Shown: one piece after another, positions 37,506 through 48,010 of the stretch
Layout: the number at the start of each line of letters is the position of its first letter
Numbering within the stretch: the first letter of the stretch is position 1
Assembly: GCA_963555815.3 (NCBI GenBank)
Contig: CAUVWX020000002.1
Coordinates: forward strand, 594,916-658,915
Reading direction: 5' to 3'
Length of the DNA stretch: 64,000 nucleotides
Source of the DNA: a bacterium
GTDB taxonomy: Bacteria; UBA8248; JACPRG01; G963555815
The notes under the pieces: generated by a model
Databases searched by the model: none
Told to the model about the DNA's origin: nothing
What the model saw: the letters and a program-made list of their open reading frames with translations, nothing else
Translations under genes and position numbers: made by a program

Positions 37506-40355
37506 ATGATTCAGCGTCACATCGTCATCAAAGGCGCCCGAGAACACAACCTGAAGAACATCTCCATCGAGATCCCCCGGGACAAGCTCATCGTCATCAC
37601 GGGCATCAGCGGGTCCGGCAAATCCTCCCTCGCCTTTGACACCCTCTACGCCGAAGGCCAGCGCCGTTACGTAGAGTCCCTCTCGGCCTATGCCCGCCAG
37701 TTCCTGGAGCAGCTGGACAAGCCCGATGTAGATACCATCGAGGGCCTCTCCCCGGCCATCTCCATTGAACAGAAGACAACGAGCAAGAACCCCCGATCCA
37801 CGGTAGGAACGGTAACAGAGATCTACGACCACCTGCGTCTCCTCTTCGCCCGGGTGGGACGGCCCCACTGCTATCGTTGCGGCAAGCCCATCGCTTCCCA
37901 GACGGTCCAGCAGATGGTGGACCGGGCAATCGCCCTTCCCCCGGGAACCCGGATCCAGGTCCTGGCCCCGATTGTCCGGGGGCGCAAAGGGGAGTACCGA
38001 AAGGAGTTGGGCGAGATGGCCCGCCGGGGGTTTGTTCGGGCTCGAATCGATGGGAAGGTGGTAGACCTCTCGACCCCCATCCAGCTCCACAGAAACCGAA
38101 AGCACGACATTGACATCCTCGTGGACCGGCTCGTTATGAAGCCGGGGATCGAGAGCCGTCTTGCGGACTCCCTTGAGACGGCCCTCGGCCTCGCCGACGG
38201 CCTCGTGACGCTCCTCGCAGTGGACAAAGAGGAACATCTCTTCAGCGAGCGGTTCGCCTGCGCCGACTGCGGGATCAGCTATCCCGAACTGAGTCCCCGC
38301 CTCTTCTCCTTCAACAGCCCGTATGGGGCATGTCCTGAATGTGGGGGGCTCGGCAACCTTCTCAAGCTCGACCCAGATCTGATCGTCCCAGATGCCACCC
38401 TTTCCCTGCGAAAGGGCGCCATCCGCCCCTGGGCCCGGCGAACCTCCGCCCATTACTTTCAGATGCTGGAGGCCCTGGCCCAACACTATCGTTTTGATCT
38501 GAACACCCCCTTTGGCCGCCTCCCGGCCAAGGTGAGGCGGGTCATCCTGCACGGCTCAGGGGAGGAGGGGGTGAAACTTCCGCATGAGTCGGGACGAAAA
38601 CGGCGTTCCTCCTCCCAACCCTTCGCGGGGGCCATCGCCCTGCTGGAGCGGCGCCACCAAGAAACCTCCTCCTCGGAGGTCGAGGCCGAGATCGAGGAGT
38701 ACATGAACCTTCAGCCCTGCGGGGCCTGCGAAGGGGCACGTCTGAGACCTGAGAGTCGGGCCGTGCAAATGGGGGGCAAATCTATCGCCGAGGTGACGGC
38801 CCTCTCGGTCAAAGAGGCCCAAATCTTCTTCGCCGGCCTGCAACTGACCCCTTACGAAAGGGAGATCGGGGACCGGGTCCTGAAAGAGATCACCGAGCGG
38901 CTGGAATTCATGGTTCGCGTGGGCCTGGACTATCTCACGCTGGACCGGCCCGCAGCCACCCTGGCCGGGGGGGAGGCCCAGCGTATCCGCCTGGCCACTC
39001 AGATCGGGGCAAGTCTGGCAGGGGTTCTTTATATCCTGGATGAGCCCAGCATCGGACTGCACCAGCGCGATAACCGACGACTCCTAGACACCCTGCGGCG
39101 CCTTCGCGACCTTGGAAACACTGTTATCGTCGTCGAGCACGACCGAGAGACCATCCTCTCGGGGGACTTCGTCCTGGACCTTGGGCCCGGGGCGGGGGTT
39201 CACGGAGGCCACGTTGTCGCCCGGGGGACCCCGGGAGAGATCGCGGCCCACCCCCAGTCCCTGACCGGAAAATACCTCTGCGGGACCCTCACCATCCCCG
39301 TCCCAGAAAGGCGAAGGCCCTTGGACGGCCACTATCTCTCAGTCCTGAGGGCGCAGGAGAATAACTTGAAGGGGATAGACGTCCATTTCCCCCTGGGGCT
39401 CTTCACCTGCGTGACGGGGGTTTCGGGATCGGGAAAGAGCACGCTGGTGGACGGGATCCTCTACAAGGCCCTGGCCCAGAAGCTCTACCGGGCCTCGGAC
39501 CGGCCGGGCCGCCACTCGAGCCTAAAGGGCGCTGAGCATCTCGACAAGGTCATCGAGATCGACCAGTCTCCCATCGGTCGCACCCCGCGCAGCAACCCCG
39601 CCACATACACGGGAGTTTTCACCGCCATCCGGGAACTTTTTGCCCGAGTCCCCGAGAGCCGCAAGCGGGGCTATCAGGTCGGGCGTTTCAGCTTCAACGT
39701 GAAGGGAGGGCGGTGCGAAGCTTGCCAGGGGGATGGGCTCATCAAGATCGCGATGCACTTTTTGCCGGACCTCTACGTCACCTGCCAGGTTTGCAAGGGC
39801 AGACGCTTCGACCGGGAAACCCTGGATGTCCACTACAAGGGATACTCCATCGCCGATGTCCTCGACATGACGATTAGCCAAGCGCTGAACTCTTTTGAAA
39901 ACGTGCCTAAAGTCCGGGCCAAGCTCCAGACCCTCTTTGACGTGGGGTTGGGCTACATCAGACTGGGGCAGCCCGCGACCACCCTCTCGGGAGGCGAGGC
40001 CCAGCGAGTAAAACTCTCCAAGGAGCTTAGCCGGCAAAGCACAGGCCGGACCCTTTATCTTCTGGATGAGCCGACCACGGGCCTTCACTTCGCCGACGTG
40101 AACAAGCTCCTCGAGGTCCTCCAGAGGCTCGTGGACGCAGGGAACACGGTGATCGTCATCGAGCACAACCTGGACGTCATTAAGACGGCCGACCATCTCA
40201 TCGACCTCGGCCCCGAAGGGGGCGAAGACGGGGGCGAGGTGGTGGCGGCCGGCACCCCTGAGGAGGTGGCCAGGGTGGCAGCCTCCCACACGGGCCACTT
40301 TCTGGAATCCATCCTGGCGGATTCGGCCCAAAAACCCCTTCAGAGACCCGCCTAA
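37506..40355 (+). CDS. uvrA: Excinuclease ABC subunit A
   Basis: [21 protein letters not shown], zinc fingers, two ABC cassettes ([16 protein letters not shown]). Confidence 0.98.
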   Translation: MIQRHIVIKGAREHNLKNISIEIPRDKLIVITGISGSGKSSLAFDTLYAEGQRRYVESLSAYARQFLEQLDKPDVDTIEGLSPAISIEQKTTSKNPRSTVGTVTEIYDHLRLLFARVGRPHCYRCGKPIASQTVQQMVDRAIALPPGTRIQVLAPIVRGRKGEYRKELGEMARRGFVRARIDGKVVDLSTPIQLHRNRKHDIDILVDRLVMKPGIESRLADSLETALGLADGLVTLLAVDKEEHLFSERFACADCGISYPELSPRLFSFNSPYGACPECGGLGNLLKLDPDLIVPDATLSLRKGAIRPWARRTSAHYFQMLEALAQHYRFDLNTPFGRLPAKVRRVILHGSGEEGVKLPHESGRKRRSSSQPFAGAIALLERRHQETSSSEVEAEIEEYMNLQPCGACEGARLRPESRAVQMGGKSIAEVTALSVKEAQIFFAGLQLTPYEREIGDRVLKEITERLEFMVRVGLDYLTLDRPAATLAGGEAQRIRLATQIGASLAGVLYILDEPSIGLHQRDNRRLLDTLRRLRDLGNTVIVVEHDRETILSGDFVLDLGPGAGVHGGHVVARGTPGEIAAHPQSLTGKYLCGTLTIPVPERRRPLDGHYLSVLRAQENNLKGIDVHFPLGLFTCVTGVSGSGKSTLVDGILYKALAQKLYRASDRPGRHSSLKGAEHLDKVIEIDQSPIGRTPRSNPATYTGVFTAIRELFARVPESRKRGYQVGRFSFNVKGGRCEACQGDGLIKIAMHFLPDLYVTCQVCKGRRFDRETLDVHYKGYSIADVLDMTISQALNSFENVPKVRAKLQTLFDVGLGYIRLGQPATTLSGGEAQRVKLSKELSRQSTGRTLYLLDEPTTGLHFADVNKLLEVLQRLVDAGNTVIVIEHNLDVIKTADHLIDLGPEGGEDGGEVVAAGTPEEVARVAASHTGHFLESILADSAQKPLQRPA

Positions 40356-40367
40356 GCAGGGCGCACT

Positions 40368-41108
40368 ATGGCAGAGAACATCGCGCTCACCTTGGAGTAT
40401 GACGGGACGGATTACTTCGGCTGGCAGGTTCAGAGCCAAGAGCCGACCATCCAGGGGGTCCTGCAGAAGGCCATCGAGAAGCTGACGGGGGAGCGAGTCC
40501 ACCTCGCCGCCTCAGGCCGAACGGATTCAGGGGTCCATGCCCTGGGTCAGGTGGCCAACTTCAAGACGGAGACCGATCTTCGACCCAACGAGATCCTCAG
40601 GGCCCTCAACAGCCTTCTGCCCCGGGATATCGCGGTGAAGCGGGCCGAGGCGATGGCTGACAATTTTCACGCCCAGTACTCCGCCCGACTCAAATCCTAT
40701 AAATACGTCGTCCTCAACCGGCACGTCCCCTCCCCTCTTCTGCAACGCTTCTCCTGGCATGTTCGCTACCCCCTGAAAATACCGCCCATGCAGGAGGCGG
40801 CCCTCTACCTGGTCGGCACTCATGACTTCAGCGCCTTCCGGAGGGCCGAGGGGGATGGCGAGCGAAATTCCACTCGGACTGTTTCCCAGCTGACGGTCGA
40901 GCAGACGGGCGACACCGTGGAGATCCGCATCACGGCCGACGGGTTCCTGCGGTTTATGGTTCGAAGCATCGCGGGGGCACTCGTCGAGGTGGGCAAGGGG
41001 AAGATGAAGCCCCTCCGGGTCAAAGAGATCTTGGACGGCAAGGACCGCAAAAAGGCGCCCCCCACGGCCCCGGCCCGGGGCCTCTTTCTCGTGGAGGTCC
41101 AGTACTGA
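40368..41108 (+). CDS. truA: tRNA pseudouridine(38-40) synthase
   Basis: EYDGTDYFGWQ, SGRTDSGVHALGQ, GFLRFMVR, TAPARGL. Confidence 0.95.
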   Translation: MAENIALTLEYDGTDYFGWQVQSQEPTIQGVLQKAIEKLTGERVHLAASGRTDSGVHALGQVANFKTETDLRPNEILRALNSLLPRDIAVKRAEAMADNFHAQYSARLKSYKYVVLNRHVPSPLLQRFSWHVRYPLKIPPMQEAALYLVGTHDFSAFRRAEGDGERNSTRTVSQLTVEQTGDTVEIRITADGFLRFMVRSIAGALVEVGKGKMKPLRVKEILDGKDRKKAPPTAPARGLFLVEVQY

Positions 41109-41322
41109 CCTCGGGACGCACTCCCGGCCACAAGAGGGGAACCCTTTGAGCTTCTCTGAAACCCTTCGACAGGCCGCTGAGCCTTTTTTGGGAGATGGCC
41201 TACCAGGAGGAGGACTGGCTACTCTAGCGAATCCCATTATCGGCTTGACTCTTCTCCTCTTTTGGAGCATTCTTCTTGCTTACAACTCGTGAAATTTAGC
41301 GCGCGCTATATGAGGAAACACT

Positions 41323-42351
41323 ATGGACTGGGACGAGCTTAAAAAGCCTAGACGATTTACTAGAGGTCCCGACGCCCCGCCCCCGATCAGTCTCCCCCAG
41401 ATCAAGCTCCCTTTCAAACTCCCTGGCATCTGGGTGCTGATTGTTATCGCCCTCATCATCTGGGCCCTGAGCGGGATCTATCTCGTGAGGCCGGACCAGA
41501 AGGGGGTGGTCCTGCGCTTTGGCCGTATAAACCGGGTCACTGACCCAGGACCCCACTACCATCTCCCCGCCCCCTTTGAGACGGTCCACAAACCGAAGGT
41601 GACCGAGGTCAAGCGCGTCGAGGTGGGCTTTCGGACCATCTTTCAGGGCCCTCCTGCCCGGTACCAAGACCGACCGACCGAGTCTCTGATGCTGACCGGG
41701 GATGAGAACATTGTCGAGGTGGACGTAATCGGTCAGTACCGGATCTCCGATCCCGCCAAATTCCTCTTCGCCGTGAAGGACTCCGAGGGGACCGTACACA
41801 ATGCCTTGGAGGCGGCCATCCGGGAGGTCATCGGGAGCCGAGGCATCGATGAGGCTCTCACCACGGGGAAGGAGCAGATCGAAGAGGACACCCGACTGTT
41901 GGTCCAAGCGATGCTGGATCGTTACAATTCGGGTCTTCAGATGGTGGTGGTGAAGCTTCAGGACGTGGTTCCCCCGAATGAGGTCATCGCTTCCTTCGTC
42001 GATGTGGCGAGTGCCAGAGAGGACAGAGATCGCCTCATCAACGAGGCCGAGGGTTATGAGAACTCCGTCATCCCCGAGACCCGTGGTGAGGTGGCCGAGA
42101 TCCTGAACCTGGCGGCGGCCTACCGCGCCGAGAAGGTTCTAATTGCTCAGGGGGACGCGCAACGCTTCAAAAATATATTGGAGGAATACGTCAAGGCCAA
42201 GGACGTCACGCGAAAGCGGCTTTATCTTGAGACCATGGAACAGATCCTCCCGGGGATCGAGAAATTCATCCTACCAGAGCAGGGAGGGGGAGTCCTTCCC
42301 ATTCTCCCCTTGGGAAGGGGAGCGGCCCCGCCCTTGCTGGGTGGGAACTGA
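41323..42351 (+). CDS. hflK: FtsH protease modulator HflK
   Basis: TM helix + SPFH domain, MLTGDENIV, VTRKRLYLETM. Confidence 0.93.
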   Translation: MDWDELKKPRRFTRGPDAPPPISLPQIKLPFKLPGIWVLIVIALIIWALSGIYLVRPDQKGVVLRFGRINRVTDPGPHYHLPAPFETVHKPKVTEVKRVEVGFRTIFQGPPARYQDRPTESLMLTGDENIVEVDVIGQYRISDPAKFLFAVKDSEGTVHNALEAAIREVIGSRGIDEALTTGKEQIEEDTRLLVQAMLDRYNSGLQMVVVKLQDVVPPNEVIASFVDVASAREDRDRLINEAEGYENSVIPETRGEVAEILNLAAAYRAEKVLIAQGDAQRFKNILEEYVKAKDVTRKRLYLETMEQILPGIEKFILPEQGGGVLPILPLGRGAAPPLLGGN

Positions 42352-42369
42352 GGCCAAAGGGGGTTTAGA

Positions 42370-43233
42370 GTGAATAAGCGATACGTCATCCTTATCGCCG
42401 TCGCCGTGGTTCTCTTCATTGGAGTGAATGCGACTTTCTTCACGGTGGGCGAGCCCGATCAGGTCGTCGTGACCGCCCTGGGCAAGCCAGTCAGGGTCAT
42501 CCAAGAATCTGGCCTTTATTTGAAGATCCCTTTCATTCAGCAAATCACCAGGTTTGATCGCCGCCTCCTCGAATACGACGCCTCCCCTCGCGCCATCATC
42601 ACCAAGGACAAGAAGACCCTGCGGGTGGATAATTACGCCAAATGGCGAATCGTGGACCCCCTTCTCTTTCTTCAAACGGTCCGAACCGAGGCGGGGGCGC
42701 AGGCCCGGCTCGATGACATCATCTATTCAGAGCTTCGGGTGGATCTGGCCCGCAAGGACCTCATTGAGATCGTGGCCACCGACCGGTCCGAGCTCATGGA
42801 ACTCGTCAGGGTCCGAACAGATGCGAAGGCGAGGACGTTGGGGATCGAGATTACCGATGTCCGCATCAAACGGGCAGACCTCCCGGAGCAGAACGAGGCT
42901 GCCGTCTTCGGGCGCATGAAGGCCGAGCGTGAGCGAATCGCGAGACAGTTTCGTTCGGAGGGGAAGGAAGAGGCTTTAAAGATTCGCTCCAACACGGACA
43001 GGGAACGGACCATCATGCTGGCCGACGCCTACGAGAAAGATCAGACCCTCCGGGGTGAGGGAGACGCTGACTCCGTTCGGGTATACGCCGAGGCCTTTGA
43101 AAGGGACCCGGAGTTTTTCGACTTCCTGAGAACCCTAGAGGCCTACAGAAAGTCGTTAGACAACAAGACGACTATCCTGCTCCCCCCGCAGTCCGAATTC
43201 CTCCACCACCTCAACATGTCGGAAATCGAGTGA
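42370..43233 (+). CDS. hflC: FtsH protease modulator HflC
   Basis: TKDKKTLRVDNYAKWRI, RMKAERERIA, DPEFFDFLRTLEAY. Confidence 0.94.
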   Translation: MNKRYVILIAVAVVLFIGVNATFFTVGEPDQVVVTALGKPVRVIQESGLYLKIPFIQQITRFDRRLLEYDASPRAIITKDKKTLRVDNYAKWRIVDPLLFLQTVRTEAGAQARLDDIIYSELRVDLARKDLIEIVATDRSELMELVRVRTDAKARTLGIEITDVRIKRADLPEQNEAAVFGRMKAERERIARQFRSEGKEEALKIRSNTDRERTIMLADAYEKDQTLRGEGDADSVRVYAEAFERDPEFFDFLRTLEAYRKSLDNKTTILLPPQSEFLHHLNMSEIE

Positions 43234-43332
43234 ACAGACCCCCTTTGAGGGGGGTCTAGACCATGGAAGCCCGGGGCCAGTGGAACGCACGCGGGGCGAA
43301 GACCTGCAAACGACCGGGAGAAAGGGCTGACC

Positions 43333-43929
43333 GTGCCCTTTGATTTGGGAAACTGGCTCGGCCCCTTCACCCTCTTCGGCCCTCTAGTCTTCGGGGTCAC
43401 CCTTGCCCTCCTCATCCTCTGGGCGACCCTCCCCTTCGCTATCTTCGGGACAAAGAGCCGACTGAATCACGTGATCGCCCTCCTGGAGAGGATCGCCTCA
43501 AGAAACGGGGCGGCGACGTCCGAGGGGGACGGCGGGGCAGCCCTGGGGTCTCTCTTCCAAAAACTTCGGCACGAACTTCTTCAGAGCGACACCCGCCTTG
43601 TGGAAGAAGCGCTGAGGCCAGGAGAGGTGGACCTTCTCTTGAGCGGGAAAGGACAAAAAAAGGTGGCTGGGGTCAGGGTCGCAGCCGACGTCGTCGAGGT
43701 CAGCCTCAACCTCTCCGATCTGGCGTCCCCGACTTCTGTCCAAAGCCCCGAGGACCTTCGGGAGCGCATCGCGGGGGCTTTTGTAGGCCGGCAGGGTCTG
43801 CGCGCCCTGCTCAGCCCGGACCTCGCCCAGCTCGTCATCCAAGTCCGCCCCGAGGCCGACGTGGGGGAGGTCAGAGACCTTTTGAGATCCCACGTCTTCG
43901 GCTTCCACCCCCTTGACAAGGCCCCCTGA
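43333..43929 (+). CDS. Hypothetical membrane-anchored protein
   Basis: N-terminal hydrophobic helix ([13 protein letters not shown]); stop overlaps the gatA start. Confidence 0.6.
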   Translation: MPFDLGNWLGPFTLFGPLVFGVTLALLILWATLPFAIFGTKSRLNHVIALLERIASRNGAATSEGDGGAALGSLFQKLRHELLQSDTRLVEEALRPGEVDLLLSGKGQKKVAGVRVAADVVEVSLNLSDLASPTSVQSPEDLRERIAGAFVGRQGLRALLSPDLAQLVIQVRPEADVGEVRDLLRSHVFGFHPLDKAP

Positions 43930-45455
43930 TGAGAGGGGACCCCGCTTCCACCGGGCCCCCCAGCAAACCGGGGTCTAAGGCGGATGAAAGCGCTCTCGAT
44001 GTCTGCTATGCCCCCCTTCACGAGCTCTCAGACCGACTGAAAAAGAGGTCTGTCTCCTCTGAGGAGCTGACCCGCATCTTCCTCGCTCGGATTTCCGCCC
44101 TCCAGCCCTCTCTAAACGCCTATATCTCTGTCTTGGAGCAGGGGGCCCTGGAGATGGCCCGGGCCGCCGACAAACGGCTCGCTCGGGGCGAGAGGCTGAC
44201 TCCCCTCACGGGCGTCCCCATCGCCCTAAAAGACCTCCTCTGCACGCAGGGGGTTGCCACCACCTGCGGCTCTCACATCCTCCACAACTACACGTCCCCG
44301 TATGACGCCACCGTGGTCTCTCGGCTTCGAGAGGCGGGGGCCGTATTTCTCGGAAAAACGAATTTGGATGAGTTCGCCATGGGGTCCTCTAACGAAACCT
44401 CTTGGTTTGGAGTCGTAAAAAACCCCTGGGACCCACAGGCGGTCCCGGGCGGCTCGAGCGGCGGCTCGGCGGCGGCCGTGGCGGCGGGAGGGTGCGCGGC
44501 GGCCCTGGGCTCCGACACGGGAGGCTCCATCCGGCAGCCCGCCTCCTGCTGCGGCATCGTGGGCCTCAAGCCGACCTATGGAAGGGTTTCGCGCTTCGGG
44601 CTTGTGGCTTTCGCATCCTCTCTTGACCAGATCGGCCCCATGACGCGGGACGTGAAGGACGCGGCCCTCCTGATGAACATCATCAGCGGCAAGGACCCCC
44701 TCGATTCGACCTCGGCCGATGTCGAGATACCCGACTTTCTCAAGGCGCTGACGGGGGAAGTCCGAGGTCTTCGGATCGGACTCCCGAAGGAGTATTTCAT
44801 CGAGGGGATGGAGCCAGAGGTGGCGACGAGGGTCCGGGAGGCCCTCAAGATCCTGAAAGACCTGGGAGCGGATCTTCGGGAGATCTCTCTTCCCCATACC
44901 GATTATGCCGTGGCTGTCTATTACCTTATCGCCCCAGCCGAGGCCAGTAGCAACCTGGCTCGCTACGACGGCGTCCGCTACGGCTACCGGACCGAGTCCC
45001 CGCGCGACACGGCCAGCCTCTACCAGGGGACGCGACAAGAGGGGTTTGGGGAGGAGGTGAAGCGGAGGATCATGCTGGGGGCTTACGCGCTGAGCTCGGG
45101 CTATTACGATGCCTACTATCTAAAGGCCCAGAAGGTTCGGACCCTGATCCGGGAGGATTTCCTCCGCGCCTTCGAGAAGGTAGACGTCATCGCGACCCCC
45201 ACGGCCCCGACCCCCGCCTTCAAGATCGGAGAGCGGAGGGCGGACCCCTTGACGATGTATCTTTCTGACATCTTCACCATCCCGTGCAACCTGGCAGGGA
45301 TCCCGGGGATCAGCATTCCCTGCGGGCTCACCTCAGGGGGCCTCCCGGTAGGGATTCAGTTCATGGCAAAAGCCTTCGACGAGGAGACGCTCCTAAGGGT
45401 CTCGGACGCGTTTCAGCGATCGACGGATTTTCACCGACAACGGCCCCCCCTCTGA
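43929..45455 (+). CDS. gatA: Asp/Glu-tRNA amidotransferase subunit A
   Basis: [53 protein letters not shown]; start approximate. Confidence 0.96.
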   Translation: MRGDPASTGPPSKPGSKADESALDVCYAPLHELSDRLKKRSVSSEELTRIFLARISALQPSLNAYISVLEQGALEMARAADKRLARGERLTPLTGVPIALKDLLCTQGVATTCGSHILHNYTSPYDATVVSRLREAGAVFLGKTNLDEFAMGSSNETSWFGVVKNPWDPQAVPGGSSGGSAAAVAAGGCAAALGSDTGGSIRQPASCCGIVGLKPTYGRVSRFGLVAFASSLDQIGPMTRDVKDAALLMNIISGKDPLDSTSADVEIPDFLKALTGEVRGLRIGLPKEYFIEGMEPEVATRVREALKILKDLGADLREISLPHTDYAVAVYYLIAPAEASSNLARYDGVRYGYRTESPRDTASLYQGTRQEGFGEEVKRRIMLGAYALSSGYYDAYYLKAQKVRTLIREDFLRAFEKVDVIATPTAPTPAFKIGERRADPLTMYLSDIFTIPCNLAGIPGISIPCGLTSGGLPVGIQFMAKAFDEETLLRVSDAFQRSTDFHRQRPPL

Positions 45456-45501
45456 CGGAGGGGCCGCCACCGGGCGAGAGAGCCCGATCTTCAGGGAGTC
45501 G

Positions 45502-46953
45502 ATGATCTTGAGCTACGAGACCGTCATCGGGCTAGAGGTCCACGCCCAACTCCTGACCCAATCCAAGATCTTTTGTGGCTGCTCCACCACCTTCGGGGCC
45601 GAGCCGAACACCCAGACCTGTCCCATCTGCCTCGGGATGCCGGGGGTCTTGCCGGTAGTCAACCGGAGGGCCATCGAATTTCTCATCAGGATTGCCGTCG
45701 CCTGTGAGGCGAAGCTTTCCTCCTTCAGCCAGTTTGCCCGAAAGAACTATTTCTATCCCGATCTTCCCAAGAACTATCAGATCTCTCAGTACGATCTCCC
45801 GCTGGCAATCGGGGGCCACATCGAGATCCCCCAGAACGGCGAGACAAGGTCCATCAGCCTCGTCCGGATCCACCTGGAGGAAGACGCGGGCAAGCTCATC
45901 CACGGAGAAAACATGCCTGATCCCCACGCCAGCCACGTAGACCTGAACCGAACGGGCGTTCCACTGCTGGAGATTGTCAGCATGCCGGAGCTCCGAAGTC
46001 CCGCAGAGGCCCGAGAATATCTGACGAAGCTTCGCACCCTTCTTCAGTATTTGGAGATCTGCGACGGGAACATGGAGGAGGGAAGCCTCCGGTGCGACGC
46101 CAATGTCTCCGTCCGGCCCAAGGGCTCCGATGAACTCAAGACCAAGACCGAGATCAAAAACCTAAACTCCTTCCGTCACGTGCAGCGGGCCCTCGAATAT
46201 GAGAGCGACCGTCAGATTAAGCTCCTCGAGAAGGGGGGGACCGTGGCCCATGAAACGAGGCTTTGGGATGTCGCCAAAGGGGCCACCCTGCCCATGCGGA
46301 CGAAGGAGCAGGCCCATGACTATCGCTACTTCACCGAGCCCGATCTCGTCCCCCTCGTCATCGACAAAGCATGGGTCGAGGAGATCCGGTCAAGCCTCCC
46401 GGAACTCCCGGACGCCAAGCGAGCCCGGTTCATCACCCAGTATTCCCTCCCCCCTTACGACGCGGCGCTTCTGACCACGTCCCGGGCCCTGGCCGATTAC
46501 TACGAGGAGTGCGTCCGTCTCCACCCGGCCCCCAAGACCATCAGCAACTGGGTGATGGGAGATCTTCTGCGGGACCTCAAAGCGGCCAAGAAGGAGATCC
46601 AGGAAAGCCCTGTGACGCCGCAACGCCTGACGGAGATGATCCAGATGGTGGAGTCCGAGACCATCAGCGGGAAGATCGCCAAGACGGTCTTTGAGGAGAT
46701 GTTTCGCACCGGAAAGGGGCCTCAGGAGGTCGTCGCCGAGAAGGACCTTGTCCAGATCACCGATGAAGGATCCCTGATTCAGACCGTCGAGGAGGTTCTG
46801 GCAGCGAACCCCACGGAGGTCGATGCCTACCGGGCCGGAAAAGAGAAGCTCCTCGCCTTCTTCATGGGCCAGGTCATGAAGCAGACTGCCGGAAAGGCGA
46901 ACCCCAAGGCGGTCCAGGAGATCTTGCGGTCGAAATTGTCTCCCCCGACCTAA
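45502..46953 (+). CDS. gatB: Asp/Glu-tRNA amidotransferase subunit B
   Basis: [44 protein letters not shown]. Confidence 0.97.
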   Translation: MILSYETVIGLEVHAQLLTQSKIFCGCSTTFGAEPNTQTCPICLGMPGVLPVVNRRAIEFLIRIAVACEAKLSSFSQFARKNYFYPDLPKNYQISQYDLPLAIGGHIEIPQNGETRSISLVRIHLEEDAGKLIHGENMPDPHASHVDLNRTGVPLLEIVSMPELRSPAEAREYLTKLRTLLQYLEICDGNMEEGSLRCDANVSVRPKGSDELKTKTEIKNLNSFRHVQRALEYESDRQIKLLEKGGTVAHETRLWDVAKGATLPMRTKEQAHDYRYFTEPDLVPLVIDKAWVEEIRSSLPELPDAKRARFITQYSLPPYDAALLTTSRALADYYEECVRLHPAPKTISNWVMGDLLRDLKAAKKEIQESPVTPQRLTEMIQMVESETISGKIAKTVFEEMFRTGKGPQEVVAEKDLVQITDEGSLIQTVEEVLAANPTEVDAYRAGKEKLLAFFMGQVMKQTAGKANPKAVQEILRSKLSPPT

Positions 46954-47020
46954 AACCCTACGGAGAGGCCCCCTGAATCTCCCAGACGGTCTCCTCAGCT
47001 TTCTTCAGGGCTCAAGAGAG

Positions 47021-47971
47021 GTGCTCGTCCTTGGCATCGGAGGCGGGGGCGATATCGTGGGAACGCTTCCCACCGCCCGGCTCTTTGAGGCGTTCGGGGC
47101 CGAGACGATCCTGGGAGGTGTATCCTGGGAGCGAATCGTCCGTGACCCGGTCCCCGGCCCCCGCAAGTTGGACGAGGTGGAAGGTGTTCGGCCGCTCCAC
47201 CCGGCCGTTTGGCTCGCCGGGGCACAGGCCCGGACAAAGGGTGGGGTGCGCTTCACAGAATCCTTTGTGGCCGAGTCTCTTGGGAAGGACGCCCTCCTTA
47301 TTGACATCAACGGCGGTCCCTCCCAGGTGGCCGAGGGGCTTCTCAGGGCCGCCGAGGCCCTGGGGGCAGACCGGGTGATGGGGGTCGATGTGGGGGGAGA
47401 CTCTCTCGCCAAGGGCAAAGAGGCGGGTCTTCGCAGCCCTCTGTGTGACGCCGTCATGGTGGCCGCTTTGGCTCAGGTGGAAAAAACCCTTCCGACCGCC
47501 CTGGGTGTCCTCGGCTATGGGACCGACGCTGAACTCACGGGGGAGGAGATCAATGCGAGCCTCAGCGAGGTGGCAGCCGGCGGGGGATATCTCGGGGCCT
47601 GGGGGATGACGGCTGGGGCCGCCGAGGAGATGGAAGTCCTGGCCCGAGCCGCAGGGAGCGAGGCAAGCCTGCTGGCAGTCGCCTCCTTTCGGGGCGAGCG
47701 CGGGGTCCGCGCCATCCGCGAGGAAACCCGCAGCGTGGAGCTGAGCCCCGTCTGCTGTGTCACTTTTTACGTCCGCCCGACAGTCCTGATGGATCGGGTC
47801 TCGGCCCTCGCCCGAAGCGTCCAGAGTGCCGCCACCCTGAAGGAGGCCAACGAGGCCCTCCACTCTCTTGATCTTCGGACAGAGCTCGATATGGAACAGG
47901 AGATGTCGGCCCTGGGGACTCAGAGTTACCAGGAGTGGGATTCTTCTCGAAGAAGCGGAGATCCCAAATGA
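47021..47971 (+). CDS. DUF1152-family protein
   Basis: GIGGGGD, WER…DPVPGP, VDVGGD, SPLCD, GYGTDAEL pattern recalled for DUF1152. Confidence 0.7.
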   Translation: MLVLGIGGGGDIVGTLPTARLFEAFGAETILGGVSWERIVRDPVPGPRKLDEVEGVRPLHPAVWLAGAQARTKGGVRFTESFVAESLGKDALLIDINGGPSQVAEGLLRAAEALGADRVMGVDVGGDSLAKGKEAGLRSPLCDAVMVAALAQVEKTLPTALGVLGYGTDAELTGEEINASLSEVAAGGGYLGAWGMTAGAAEEMEVLARAAGSEASLLAVASFRGERGVRAIREETRSVELSPVCCVTFYVRPTVLMDRVSALARSVQSAATLKEANEALHSLDLRTELDMEQEMSALGTQSYQEWDSSRRSGDPK

Positions 47972-48010
47972 AGCCCTCGATATCCCAATAAAGGACCCGC
48001 GATCAGAGAA

